From the IMG/VR virus record IMGVR_UViG_3300028048_000077, positions 64,772 to 128,771 of that record: DNA of 64,000 bases; one strand, given 5' to 3'. Both the position numbers and the translations under genes were made by a program. Positions 17,729 to 27,564 of the stretch are shown here, in pieces; position 1 is the stretch's first letter; each line of letters begins with the position of its first letter. The DNA is from a virus. Its lineage: Duplodnaviria > Caudoviricetes. The notes below the pieces were generated by a model. It searched no databases and was not told where the DNA came from. It saw nothing but the letters and a program-made list of their open reading frames with translations.

Positions 17729-20053
17729 TTAGTCAATATATCCCATAAATCTCTTATATGCTATTATATCTTCCATCAAAGTATGTTTCTCTTCTTCTGT
17801 CATTGGCCTACTGTTAGGACCCTTTTCGGTACTATTAGCAACTTTACTAAATGTGAGTAAGCATGTACATAAGAATCTATCATCTTCTCTTACATATACA
17901 TCTACTCTTCTATCTAATAAGAATAACCCATCTTGATCAGAATGAGCATCATAATTTCTTATAATATATTTTTTGTTTATATTGAAGAGAGATACATCCA
18001 TATCTTGTTTAAAGAGAGATATAACATTCTTATTATTCTCTATCTCAGATTTAATATTCTTAAGCATATTAGCATTATCATTCTTAATAGGAACTATCTT
18101 AGTACCAGTGCCTTCATATCCCTCTTCATCTTTACCAAGATCTAACTCCATATCAAAAGAAGAAATACCAAGCTTACCAAGAGAATTAATATCTTTAACA
18201 GAATTAATATTCATAGTAAGATCATCTAATTTATCATATGATAATCCAGATGCTGCTAAACTATTCATTTTGCTTTGAGCTGTTTCTGTAAACTTCTTAA
18301 GCATAGAAGTAGCAGTATCTCCTAATGTAGATATATTTATAAGAGAATTAGACATAATTCCTTTTAAATCCACACTGGAAGCAGCCTTACCAAGATTAGA
18401 AATAATTGGTGTTACAGAATTAGCAACAGTAGTAAATGTAGTTGGATACTTAGAAAATTGATCTATATAAGTTTCTGTATTTAGTTTAATATTAGAATAT
18501 CCAGATAAACACTCAGTAAGTTTTTGTATATTTTTTGTTGTTTGCTCATTATATCCAGTATTTGTACTACTTATAATAGATATAGAACTTTGTAAACTAG
18601 CCATTATATCATCAGTAGTTCCTACATATGGAATCAAAGTATCTTTACGATATTGCTCTAAATTCTGAGAATCAGTTTTTACTTGACTAAAACATCCACT
18701 CATTGTAGGAATATTAGATTTTATATTAATAGGTGTAACTCCATCTACATATCCAGTAGAATTTGTAATATTTCCCATAATAGAACAAACACTAGATTTT
18801 CCTGTTTTATAATCACTAACTATATTTGAATAATTTGAAGTACTAGTACTAAACAATTGTTTTGCATTTGCTAATTGATCTAATTTTTCTTGTTTTTGTG
18901 CTTTAGTCATTGCACCTACTAGCCCTTCTCCATCTTCTATTTCTTCTATAGTAGGAGTTGAACTAATTCTATCATACTCAGTATCTATAATTTGTAATGC
19001 AATAGACTGCAATGATAAATTATTCAAATTTAACTTTGTGATCTTATTATCTGTAACATTAATCTCAGAGAGTATATCTTTATTATTTTCAGTAAATGAT
19101 TTTATCTTTCCTGAAAATTTATCAGAGGTTTGAGTTATTTTTTCTACATTATCTTTTACACTTCCTAATTCTGTTACAGAATTATCTTTAGCAGGATTAA
19201 GAATAGATGTAATAGTATTGAATTGTTTTCCAGTATCATGATCTATCTTATAATCTGTATCTAAAGCATTAATATTAACTACATATAATTCATTTTCTTT
19301 ATCTTCAGTTATACCAAATACATTTGCCGCTGCATCTTCAGCATCACATACTATAAATAATACGGTATCATATATATCATCTTTTCTAGCAATAGGGTTA
19401 CCAGAAGAACTCATAATATATAAAGCATCTGGCTCAAAGAATACTCTACAATTAGTATCGTAAAATACGCTGAGTTCTAAATTAAGAAATTGTAAAGTTT
19501 TAAATAAACTATCCTGAGGAGGTATAATTAACTGATCATATGTAGGATTATAAGTAAATGGTTCTATTAAGGTAGGGATATTTTGAATATATTTTCCAAC
19601 TATATTCATCATATCAGAATCAATCACAGTAGTATTATTAGTTTGCTTATTATATTCAATACAGTTCTTAAACATCAAACCAATGTATACTTCTTTAAAT
19701 ATATCTTTTCTATTTTCTGCACCCTTATAATCTATCTCTTTATTATAATTGATATCATTATCTATAAAGTATAGACATTCATAATCCCACATAGGTTCTG
19801 CTGTTCCTTTAGGAGTACCTTCATCATTTACAACTACTTTATCTATTCTAAGAGTCATAGTAGCAGTAGATGCATTTAAAATGATATCATCAAAAAGATT
19901 CTTATCTATATTTAATGTGCAATACATTGTAGGAGTTATTTTCTCTTTAAAATTATGATCTATAAAAAGCTTACGAATGTTTATAGAGTTTATAATAGTA
20001 TGAGCATCTCCATTATTGTATGTAAGTTTAATATCATACTTATATCGTGCCAT
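17729..20053 (-). CDS. probable virion (tail/baseplate hub-like) protein with central helical S/T-rich insertion
   Basis: 774 aa; beta-rich ends and helical middle; late-promoter motif at 20074-20086. Confidence 0.45.
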   Translation of the reverse strand: MARYKYDIKLTYNNGDAHTIINSINIRKLFIDHNFKEKITPTMYCTLNIDKNLFDDIILNASTATMTLRIDKVVVNDEGTPKGTAEPMWDYECLYFIDNDINYNKEIDYKGAENRKDIFKEVYIGLMFKNCIEYNKQTNNTTVIDSDMMNIVGKYIQNIPTLIEPFTYNPTYDQLIIPPQDSLFKTLQFLNLELSVFYDTNCRVFFEPDALYIMSSSGNPIARKDDIYDTVLFIVCDAEDAAANVFGITEDKENELYVVNINALDTDYKIDHDTGKQFNTITSILNPAKDNSVTELGSVKDNVEKITQTSDKFSGKIKSFTENNKDILSEINVTDNKITKLNLNNLSLQSIALQIIDTEYDRISSTPTIEEIEDGEGLVGAMTKAQKQEKLDQLANAKQLFSTSTSNYSNIVSDYKTGKSSVCSIMGNITNSTGYVDGVTPINIKSNIPTMSGCFSQVKTDSQNLEQYRKDTLIPYVGTTDDIMASLQSSISIISSTNTGYNEQTTKNIQKLTECLSGYSNIKLNTETYIDQFSKYPTTFTTVANSVTPIISNLGKAASSVDLKGIMSNSLINISTLGDTATSMLKKFTETAQSKMNSLAASGLSYDKLDDLTMNINSVKDINSLGKLGISSFDMELDLGKDEEGYEGTGTKIVPIKNDNANMLKNIKSEIENNKNVISLFKQDMDVSLFNINKKYIIRNYDAHSDQDGLFLLDRRVDVYVREDDRFLCTCLLTFSKVANSTEKGPNSRPMTEEEKHTLMEDIIAYKRFMGYID

Positions 20054-20095
20054 GTATATTCCCCCTATTCTTCTTACTAATCTGTTTAAAATTTA

Positions 20096-20120
20096 TCCCT
20101 CTACCAAAATGGTAGAGGGA
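20096..20120. terminator. conserved-stem hairpin
   Basis: TCCCTCTACC-AAAAT-GGTAGAGGGA. Confidence 0.75.
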
Positions 20121-20126
20121 CTTATT

Positions 20127-20519
20127 TTACCACATGTAAGTATTAGGGCTTTCACCATTATCACGTACATCTACATGGCAACCCCAGTCATAAAGACCGA
20201 TTCCATCGAAACCAATCTGCTCACAGTACCATTTGAGCTGTTCTGGAGTATGGCAATATTCATAGTCTGGAGTCTGTACATCTGCTGCTGTTCCATCAAC
20301 ATGCTGAGAATTAGGTACACCACCTACTTCAGCATTATGAGCTGGGCAACGATATGCACAAGAAATCTCAAGTGGACCACCAATCATTTCACGAAGAGCT
20401 TCAAGCTTTTCGAGAAGAAGAGGACTTACCTTATCTGCAGTTTCTGGACCACAATCACAATGACCCTGAGATGCACCATGGCACATCAATTCTTCGGCGG
20501 AAAAATGTTCACTAGGCAT
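20127..20519 (-). CDS. peptidase M15 family Zn peptidase (endolysin candidate)
   Basis: YRCPAHN..VGG..NSQH...AAD and HVDVR motifs. Confidence 0.9.
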   Translation of the reverse strand: MPSEHFSAEELMCHGASQGHCDCGPETADKVSPLLLEKLEALREMIGGPLEISCAYRCPAHNAEVGGVPNSQHVDGTAADVQTPDYEYCHTPEQLKWYCEQIGFDGIGLYDWGCHVDVRDNGESPNTYMW

Positions 20520-20539
20520 TTTTAAAATCTCCTTTCAAT

Positions 20540-20914
20540 TTAAGCAAATGCTGGATGATGCTGAGCTTTCATCTTACTAATATGACTATTTATATTCGCC
20601 ATATGGCGATGAGCATCATTATATTTTTCTCCTTCTGGTGTTTCAGAAGCTTTTAATCCCGTTCTTTTTCTACCATCATTTGTTCTTTGCAAAGCTTTTC
20701 TAGTTTTATCAAGTCTATCTTGAGCTCTTTGTTTCAATTTATCTACTACTTCTTTAGTAAATTGTTTGTAATTATGCTCTTCTTCGAGAGACTCAATATA
20801 ATTTTCAAGAGCGGCAATATAACCAGCAGCATATGCATCCATCACATATTCCTGCTGAGCTTCATTGAGGCTATTCATAATAGCTGTCTCTTTTAATACT
20901 TCATCTAAAATCAT
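20540..20914 (-). CDS. small probable internal head protein
   Basis: acidic N-terminus with LxE sites and basic C-terminus. Confidence 0.5.
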   Translation of the reverse strand: MILDEVLKETAIMNSLNEAQQEYVMDAYAAGYIAALENYIESLEEEHNYKQFTKEVVDKLKQRAQDRLDKTRKALQRTNDGRKRTGLKASETPEGEKYNDAHRHMANINSHISKMKAQHHPAFA

Positions 20915-20925
20915 AATACTCCTCC

Positions 20926-22101
20926 TTACTTATTTGCTGTATGTATGATTAGAGCAAAGTAAAACTTAATACTCTTTTTATAAGCATTTTTAGTAGCTAA
21001 TCTCTTCTTACGAGCAGCATACCTAGTAGAATAAGTATCTAACCAACCTTCTACTATTTCATCTATCTTTAATAAATGTTTGTTGGCAGTATTAGGTTTT
21101 GGAGTAATAGTATATGTAAGGAACTGAATATCCGCTACTTCCTTAGTAGACTTAGGCTCAGCACAATATGTATAAATCATATTACGAACCACAATCTTAA
21201 TATCTCCAATAGTATGTTTATCATTTATGATAGACTCTAAGATTTGTTTTACTTCTTCTGCTCTTACTAATGAAGAAGACGCCATCTTACAATACTTATA
21301 TTCTATGGTATTAGATTGAATCTTAGCCATAGCTTTATCTATAAACTTTTCACACCGTAAAGAATCCGAATCTGCTAAATGGAAATCTTCAGGCATCTGA
21401 TTTTCAGAATTGTATACTATATAATCTTTATTCTCATATGCTTTATAGTATTCTTTAGCAATATTCTTGATAATAGATTTGATTCTATTATGAAGCTGTT
21501 GTACTAAGTATGCTATATCTTCATCTGAGAAAGATTTAAACATTCTTTCATAACTTTCAAGCCATTTATCAGAGATAGTCTTAACAGTAGCTATAACTGT
21601 TTTAGACTTCTTAAATTCAAATGACTGAGAAAGATTATTCATTACATATTCCATAATCTCTCTATATTTAGAAGGTTCTGCAACTGGGAACATTGCATAG
21701 TGAATAGATGGATAAAATTTACCACTGAATGCTAAATACAAAGCTGCTAACTGAGCATCTTTAGTATTCTTTTTCATTATATAATACCTAATCAAACTCA
21801 TGATTAGAATTGTAGGCTCATCCTTAGCATATCTAGGATTAAAAGCTGCTATATTCCAATAATAAGTTTCAGATATAGCTTTCTTAACTTGTACTCTATC
21901 TATATCAACTGCAGAATGTAATTCATCTGCATCTATACTACCATATGCCATTCTATCATATGGGCCAGTATCGAATAATTGTTGGTTTCTTCTATCTACA
22001 AATTTAGAGATGCATTGTTTAAACTTAGCAGCTCTAGAGCTCATTTTCTTTTCTACTATTGGATATAGAATCTTAAGAATAGCAGTGGTATTATTTTTCA
22101 T
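20926..22101 (-). CDS. hypothetical late protein
   Basis: 391 aa; GAGGTG RBS; late motif at 22116-22128. Confidence 0.7.
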   Translation of the reverse strand: MKNNTTAILKILYPIVEKKMSSRAAKFKQCISKFVDRRNQQLFDTGPYDRMAYGSIDADELHSAVDIDRVQVKKAISETYYWNIAAFNPRYAKDEPTILIMSLIRYYIMKKNTKDAQLAALYLAFSGKFYPSIHYAMFPVAEPSKYREIMEYVMNNLSQSFEFKKSKTVIATVKTISDKWLESYERMFKSFSDEDIAYLVQQLHNRIKSIIKNIAKEYYKAYENKDYIVYNSENQMPEDFHLADSDSLRCEKFIDKAMAKIQSNTIEYKYCKMASSSLVRAEEVKQILESIINDKHTIGDIKIVVRNMIYTYCAEPKSTKEVADIQFLTYTITPKPNTANKHLLKIDEIVEGWLDTYSTRYAARKKRLATKNAYKKSIKFYFALIIHTANK

Positions 22102-22173
22102 CTCTTATTCACCTCTTATAGCATTGTCCAAAAAAGCACATTTTAATCATATACTCTTAAAGAAAAAATTAAG

Positions 22174-22192
22174 CATATACTATATATATGAA
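22174..22192 (+). promoter_or_regulatory. putative early promoter (sRNA1)
   Basis: CATATACTATATATATGAA. Confidence 0.65.
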
Positions 22193-22311
22193 AAGGTACC
22201 CATTCCTTTTTGTGTTTTCCATTATTAATTATGAAATTTAATTTCATAATTAAACTCCTTTCATTATAAAATATCCCATTGGGGAGGGGGTATATTATCC
22301 CCTTATTTTTT
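22189..22311 (+). ncRNA. candidate small RNA 1 with anti-RBS/anti-AUG segment
   Basis: promoter motif, no sense ORF with RBS, TTCATAATTAAACTCCTTTC, terminator AGGGGG..CCCCTTATTTTTT. Confidence 0.55.
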
Positions 22312-22318
22312 ATATAAA

Positions 22319-22372
22319 TTGTAATATTCGGAAAATTTAAACATATACTATATATGTGAATAAAAGGATTCA
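22319..22372 (+). repeat. 54-bp promoter/5'-end block duplicated at 35824-35877
   Basis: 53/54 identity by manual alignment. Confidence 0.9.
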
Positions 22373-22455
22373 CCTCCTTTCTGTTTGTTCTTCTCATCTC
22401 CTTTCAATTCACCCATATGGGGAGGGGGCCTCATCAGCCCCCTTATTTTTTTTTT
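22357..22455 (+). ncRNA. candidate small RNA 2 with 16S rRNA 3'-end-like anti-SD
   Basis: promoter at 22342-22362; GGATTCACCTCCTTTCT plus a second CATCTCCTTTC; terminator AGGGGGC..GCCCCCTTA-T10. Confidence 0.6.
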
Positions 22456-22463
22456 CATAATAA

Positions 22464-22492
22464 ATCCCTCTACCCAATTAGGGTAGAGGGAT
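22464..22492. terminator. conserved-stem hairpin
   Basis: ATCCCTCTACCC-AATTA-GGGTAGAGGGAT. Confidence 0.75.
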
Positions 22493-22501
22493 AATCTTAT
22501 T

Positions 22502-22972
22502 TTATTTATCGTAGTTTTCAAGAGTAAGCTTAACCAGAGTACCATCAGCCTTGATTTCCTCTACAGGAACCTTATGCCAACAAAGCTTCTTGATATCTTC
22601 AAGATCAAGAACAATAGCTTTCTTTTCACCAATAAATGGATAAGTAACATAAGAAACATTTATACCATTAGCATAAACATTTACTCTTTTCTTACCTGGC
22701 TGAACAGGTGGATATTTAGTTTCATCTTTACCAGTTACTTCAGGAGTAGCGGAAACTTTTTTAGGCTCTTCCTTTTTAACTTCTGGTTTAGGTTCTTCTT
22801 TCTTAACTTCCTCTACAGGAGCTTTTGCTTCCTCTTTAGTAGCCTCAGCTTTTACTTCCTCTTTTTTAGGAGCTTCTGCCTTAACTTCCTCTTTAGGAGC
22901 CTCAGCTTTTACTTCTTCTTTAGGCACTTCTGCCTTAACTTCTTCTTTAACTTCATTTTTTTCCTTAGACAT
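22502..22972 (-). CDS. protein with N-terminal EEVKAEAPK repeats and small C-terminal domain
   Basis: AAGGAGG RBS before ATG at 22972; about 5 imperfect 9-aa repeats. Confidence 0.7.
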   Translation of the reverse strand: MSKEKNEVKEEVKAEVPKEEVKAEAPKEEVKAEAPKKEEVKAEATKEEAKAPVEEVKKEEPKPEVKKEEPKKVSATPEVTGKDETKYPPVQPGKKRVNVYANGINVSYVTYPFIGEKKAIVLDLEDIKKLCWHKVPVEEIKADGTLVKLTLENYDK

Positions 22973-23088
22973 CAATTTTTCCTCCTTATCATAAATATCA
23001 ATCAATCCTTCGAAGGCTGATATGATATCTATACAATCATTATTTTTTATATTATTATTTAGAATGAGTTTAAATTCATTCATATAAT

Positions 23089-23319
23089 TTAAATAATATC
23101 GTCATCATCATCTACTTCATCATAATATACATCATCATCAGCAGATACAGTTTCTTCATCATCGTCATATAAAAGTATATCATCCATATCATCACATTCA
23201 CCGAATGCGATATCTTCTTCAGCTTCTTTTTCTAGATCAATCTCTTGCTCGATAATAAATTCATCAGTTTCATCGAATACATCGTATTCAGTATCATCAG
23301 AAAGCAATGCTTCTAACAT
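23089..23319 (-). CDS. highly acidic small protein
   Basis: AAGGAG RBS; MLEALLSDD..., strongly D/E-rich. Confidence 0.65.
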   Translation of the reverse strand: MLEALLSDDTEYDVFDETDEFIIEQEIDLEKEAEEDIAFGECDDMDDILLYDDDEETVSADDDVYYDEVDDDDDII

Positions 23320-23332
23320 CGTATTCACTCCT

Positions 23333-23485
23333 TTATACTTCTGGGAATAATATATCGATTGCTTCATGAGGGTCATTTTCAATTACACCTTCAAGAAGTT
23401 CATCATCTTGAGTTTCCTCAATAATATCTAAAGACATATCATGATCTAAAGACTCCATAAGAGCTATATCTAAACTATTAAGCAT
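23333..23485 (-). CDS. small acidic protein
   Basis: AGGAGG RBS before ATG at 23485. Confidence 0.6.
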   Translation of the reverse strand: MLNSLDIALMESLDHDMSLDIIEETQDDELLEGVIENDPHEAIDILFPEV

Positions 23486-23534
23486 TTTATCCCCTCCTAT
23501 TTGTAAATTAATTATATGTTTCGGAGGTATGCTC

Positions 23535-24746
23535 TTATTCAAATTGTTTAAGAGGTTCTTTCTTTTCCATAGTATCTAATATGTACTGTTTAAGTATATA
23601 AATAATAATAGGAAGCTCATGAAATAACTCTGTACTATTTTTATATTCAATTTCCTCTAAAGCATCAATCATACTATCATTTAGCGGTTTTAAGCCGTTA
23701 AAGTAGTTTATAATGATATTATAGTACTTTTTGTCTTTAAACTCTTTTTCGGCACTTATGGCCTTCGTCAGATCATTAGAATAGGTAGGTATAGGTTCTG
23801 CAAGTACCCCCATTGTGCACTGATGTACAATATAATATGGTTCTAATCTTTGAGATAATAGAGACATCGGATCTCTATTCTCAATACCATAATATCTATG
23901 ATGAATAACTTTCTTATTTCGAGTTTCTACATTTCTATAGATACTCTTATCATATTCAATACAGAATGTTTCTGGTAAAGCAGTAGCTTGCTCAAGATAG
24001 ATAAAATTACTTCCATAATCAAGTACTTTATTTCTAATAAGGAATTCTATAACTTCAGGATCATAGAATTGTGCTTCTGCATATTTGAATACATAAGTCT
24101 GTAATTGATCTCTCCAGAATATAGAATGATAGTATTTAGAAAGAGTTTCACAAACAGACTCTAGTCTTTCTACAAACTTATATTCTTCATCTTGAATAAT
24201 AGATTTGTAGTTACTTCCTACATTATCGGAAATCATTTTGAAATTCTTTTCTACTATAGGGCTGAAATCATCTCCAACTCTGTCCATTACATAGGAAAGT
24301 TTCCAGAAGTTATTTCCATTTTCTAATGTATCTATAGTAACTTTAGTTATTCTAAACCAACATTTATTCTTAGTAACATGATCTATTGTAAAATAAGAAT
24401 CAGGATATGGTTTAAAAGTATTAGGAGGAAGTATACATTCTCCCTCTATTTCATTACCTTCTAAACCAAAATCATTCATCTCTAACTCAGTAGATATTCT
24501 CTCAATTCCAAAGAGTAATACCTTTTCGATCTTATTATACCTAAGAGGAGTATCAGGAGTTAAGATATCATTTATATCTTTAGTACCATCATCTAAAGTA
24601 GTTTGAGTATCGTTCACATTATAGAATGTAACAGTGACTGGATGTTTATCCGTAAACATATAAAACGGATTATCTAATCTGTGTATCATTCCATGTTCTA
24701 ATGATTCTACTGTATTAGTATACGTAGTATTTAAGAACCTTCCCAT
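23535..24746 (-). CDS. probable virion structural protein
   Basis: 403 aa ORF with GAGGAG RBS; no decisive motif. Confidence 0.45.
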   Translation of the reverse strand: MGRFLNTTYTNTVESLEHGMIHRLDNPFYMFTDKHPVTVTFYNVNDTQTTLDDGTKDINDILTPDTPLRYNKIEKVLLFGIERISTELEMNDFGLEGNEIEGECILPPNTFKPYPDSYFTIDHVTKNKCWFRITKVTIDTLENGNNFWKLSYVMDRVGDDFSPIVEKNFKMISDNVGSNYKSIIQDEEYKFVERLESVCETLSKYYHSIFWRDQLQTYVFKYAEAQFYDPEVIEFLIRNKVLDYGSNFIYLEQATALPETFCIEYDKSIYRNVETRNKKVIHHRYYGIENRDPMSLLSQRLEPYYIVHQCTMGVLAEPIPTYSNDLTKAISAEKEFKDKKYYNIIINYFNGLKPLNDSMIDALEEIEYKNSTELFHELPIIIYILKQYILDTMEKKEPLKQFE

Positions 24747-24791
24747 ATTCTCACTCCTCTAAAAAAAAAATGGGAATATATGTATTCCCAT

Positions 24792-25823
24792 TTATATTAC
24801 TCTTTGTACAGAATCAATTATATGATTCTTATCTACTCCATAATCCTTTTCTCCTTGAAATGTATTTCTATGAATATAAAGCTCCATTCCAAGATTTTGT
24901 ATTAGATTAGATATTCTATATAAAATACTATCTTCCACATCATTATCAAGATATACATGAAATCTAGCATTCATTATATTATAATCTAATAAATACATTC
25001 GGATTACATTTTCATATCCCTTACCACATGCAGCAGTATATATCTTATTCATTTTAACACCACCACATGTATTATAGCATATGGATAAAATATCAAACGG
25101 TCCTTCTGCTACATGAATGTCCACGGTATCAGGATTGGTCAAATCGACCAGTGTAGGAATAGTATAAAATGATACTCCTTCTTCATGTATTGTATACAGA
25201 TTATACTTATTATCAATCGAAGGATCTATTAATCCTTGTTTATAATACATATTTTTTAATACAACATGACTATTATCCATTGATAGAAATCCAACAGATG
25301 CACATGATAGTTCATATACTATATCAGATGCTCTAGTATACTTATCTATTCCATTAAAGTTAAGCATATATAACAGATTAGGAACTATCTTATCCATTAT
25401 TGGATTTGGAATAACTATCCCTAAACGATCATTTATATAATCTACTTTTCCTTGTTCTTGTTCCATATACCAAGGATTCATAATATTATATTTACGTGTA
25501 CGTTGATTGATAGTATTCTTCATTTTCTTATACACTTTACCCATATAATTATTTAACTCACTGAATACAGCAAGGTCATTATCATCATAGGTAGGTATAA
25601 ACTGCTTAAGTATATCAGGAGTTAGTACTCCTTTACTTCCACACTTAAAACAATTATAGAATGGAGTATCACCACTTGTTTTAATATATAGATGCCTAGC
25701 ATTCTTATCCTTTTGAGAATCTCCACAAAATCTACATCTCATAGATATCTCTTTTCCTCCAGAACAAGATCTAGCATCTTCAAATTTATCTAAAAGATAT
25801 TTGTGCAATGCTTTTAAATCCAT
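24792..25823 (-). CDS. DNA primase (T4 gp61-like)
   Basis: Zn finger RCRFCGDS...YNCFKC; TOPRIM motifs AEGPFD, YLDND and KDYG. Confidence 0.9.
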   Translation of the reverse strand: MDLKALHKYLLDKFEDARSCSGGKEISMRCRFCGDSQKDKNARHLYIKTSGDTPFYNCFKCGSKGVLTPDILKQFIPTYDDNDLAVFSELNNYMGKVYKKMKNTINQRTRKYNIMNPWYMEQEQGKVDYINDRLGIVIPNPIMDKIVPNLLYMLNFNGIDKYTRASDIVYELSCASVGFLSMDNSHVVLKNMYYKQGLIDPSIDNKYNLYTIHEEGVSFYTIPTLVDLTNPDTVDIHVAEGPFDILSICYNTCGGVKMNKIYTAACGKGYENVIRMYLLDYNIMNARFHVYLDNDVEDSILYRISNLIQNLGMELYIHRNTFQGEKDYGVDKNHIIDSVQRVI

Positions 25824-25845
25824 ATTACACCTCTATATAAAAGAT

Positions 25846-25871
25846 ACCCTAGGGGATTTCTCCCCTAGGGT
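25846..25871 (-). terminator. hairpin
   Basis: ACCCTAGGGGA-TTTC-TCCCCTAGGGT. Confidence 0.65.
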
Positions 25872-25880
25872 GATCTTATT

Positions 25881-27488
25881 TTACTTATTTATCATTAATA
25901 CAAACTTCATGAACTCTTCACATATGATATCCTTATCGACTACAATGTCTTTGCCATTAATGCTTGGGTCATAGTAGTTTATATGTGTGAATTCACTAGC
26001 TATAGCTTCTGCTATAAATTTAAATAGAATCTTTTCAACATTGTCTTGGTCTTTATAAATATTTAATATTGATAAATATTTTTCAGACATCTTAAGCCTA
26101 GTTACCATGGTCTTACTAATAGACTTTCTAGCAACACCACGTTTAGTTCTACCAGATACAATTTCAGCTAATGTAAAGATACCATTATTATTCATAATAC
26201 GCTTTGCAGCAATCAGCAACTTTACATATTGAACTTGATTAGTATAGTTTACAGATATTATATCACCAAACATCTTGGCAAATATAAATCTTATAATATT
26301 TTCTTGATAAGCAAATCTTATATCACGACCATCTTTAGAAAGTTCATTAATATAAAATTGGATTTCATGCTCATCAAAAGGACCATACTTAATATCTATA
26401 GTTTTCATAACATCCTCTGAATTTACTTTATATTGAGCAGCTTCAGATTCGTTCTTTTTAATCATATACGCCTCAAACTTATCAGTCTGAGAGTTATTAT
26501 CTTCATCTCTTATAGAAGAAGACACTGGTCTTAATGTATATTCATATTGAATATTAGTAATCTTAAACTTAATATCATATGCAATACTATTATAGTTAAA
26601 GCAAATGATAGATTGATTATACACATACTTAGGTATAATCTGGCATAAAAGATTCTCAAGAATATTAATACCATGAGTAATAGGATTAATACCACGGATT
26701 TCTTGCATTTCCCAAAGCTGTCTATCATGGTTCATACTCTTACCGATATTTGCCATAACAGTTTCAAACAGTTTGGATAATAAATCTACTCCAGTATGAA
26801 GTTTAATATTATCATAGATTTTATTAAATGCTCTAGTTAAGATTTCTTTAGTCTCTTCACTAGAATTAATACCCTTAATATACATAAAGTGACTAATCAA
26901 TGGAATCATAAACATCTGATACAAAGCTCCCATAATAAGAAGCTTAGCATGATAATCATGATACTCTAAACAAGGATTTCTTGTATCTTTTTTAGATGTA
27001 GTCATCTTAATATAGTTATAGTCATTCATCTCTTTAATGAGAAAATATAATATTGGGTTAGCGTCCCAAGATATTATATATTTATACAAATCGTCAATGA
27101 ATGCATCGATTGTATAAATATTTCCATAACAGTCAATTTGAAATTTAATTTTAGAATAGATAGAAAGCAACATATGATTTCTATCAAAGAATTTCTCAAA
27201 ATAATTTATATACAAGCATAAATGCTCTCTAAAGCCTATCTTTCTTTCACCAGTATTCTTATCTATCTTCGAATCACTATTGTAACACTTCTTTGGTGTC
27301 ATATAGAAGTAGTCAATATGATTTCCCTCTGGAAGATTATAAAACTGATGTAAAGGAGCAATTAAAGCACCCTTAACCTGTGTGAAAAGTTGGTCTTCTG
27401 GCATCATCACCCATTTATCCACCTCTGGGATAGTAGGTATACCAACATGCCTAAATATCTTCGGAATATTTTGTTTAATCAATTGCAT
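25881..27488 (-). CDS. large helical early protein; possible promoter-specificity subunit of the non-virion RNAP
   Basis: 535 aa, early-promoter motif upstream, size similar to phiKZ gp68/AR9 gp226; function is inference only. Confidence 0.35.
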   Translation of the reverse strand: MQLIKQNIPKIFRHVGIPTIPEVDKWVMMPEDQLFTQVKGALIAPLHQFYNLPEGNHIDYFYMTPKKCYNSDSKIDKNTGERKIGFREHLCLYINYFEKFFDRNHMLLSIYSKIKFQIDCYGNIYTIDAFIDDLYKYIISWDANPILYFLIKEMNDYNYIKMTTSKKDTRNPCLEYHDYHAKLLIMGALYQMFMIPLISHFMYIKGINSSEETKEILTRAFNKIYDNIKLHTGVDLLSKLFETVMANIGKSMNHDRQLWEMQEIRGINPITHGINILENLLCQIIPKYVYNQSIICFNYNSIAYDIKFKITNIQYEYTLRPVSSSIRDEDNNSQTDKFEAYMIKKNESEAAQYKVNSEDVMKTIDIKYGPFDEHEIQFYINELSKDGRDIRFAYQENIIRFIFAKMFGDIISVNYTNQVQYVKLLIAAKRIMNNNGIFTLAEIVSGRTKRGVARKSISKTMVTRLKMSEKYLSILNIYKDQDNVEKILFKFIAEAIASEFTHINYYDPSINGKDIVVDKDIICEEFMKFVLMINK

Positions 27489-27544
27489 TTACCTCTCTCT
27501 TAACTCTATATTTTTAAAAGCCCTATTAATGCAATCCTCCTTTC

Positions 27545-27564
27545 TCATATATATAGTATATGTT
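27545..27564 (-). promoter_or_regulatory. putative early promoter
   Basis: minus strand AACATATACTATATATATGA. Confidence 0.65.

Noticed and set aside
22143-22545. Minus-strand ORFs with good SD+ATG (MRRTNRK..., MKLNFII...)
   Set aside because: They run through the opposing promoter motifs and lie just past a hairpin terminator, while promoter and terminator polarity favours + strand RNAs; disfavoured but not fully excluded
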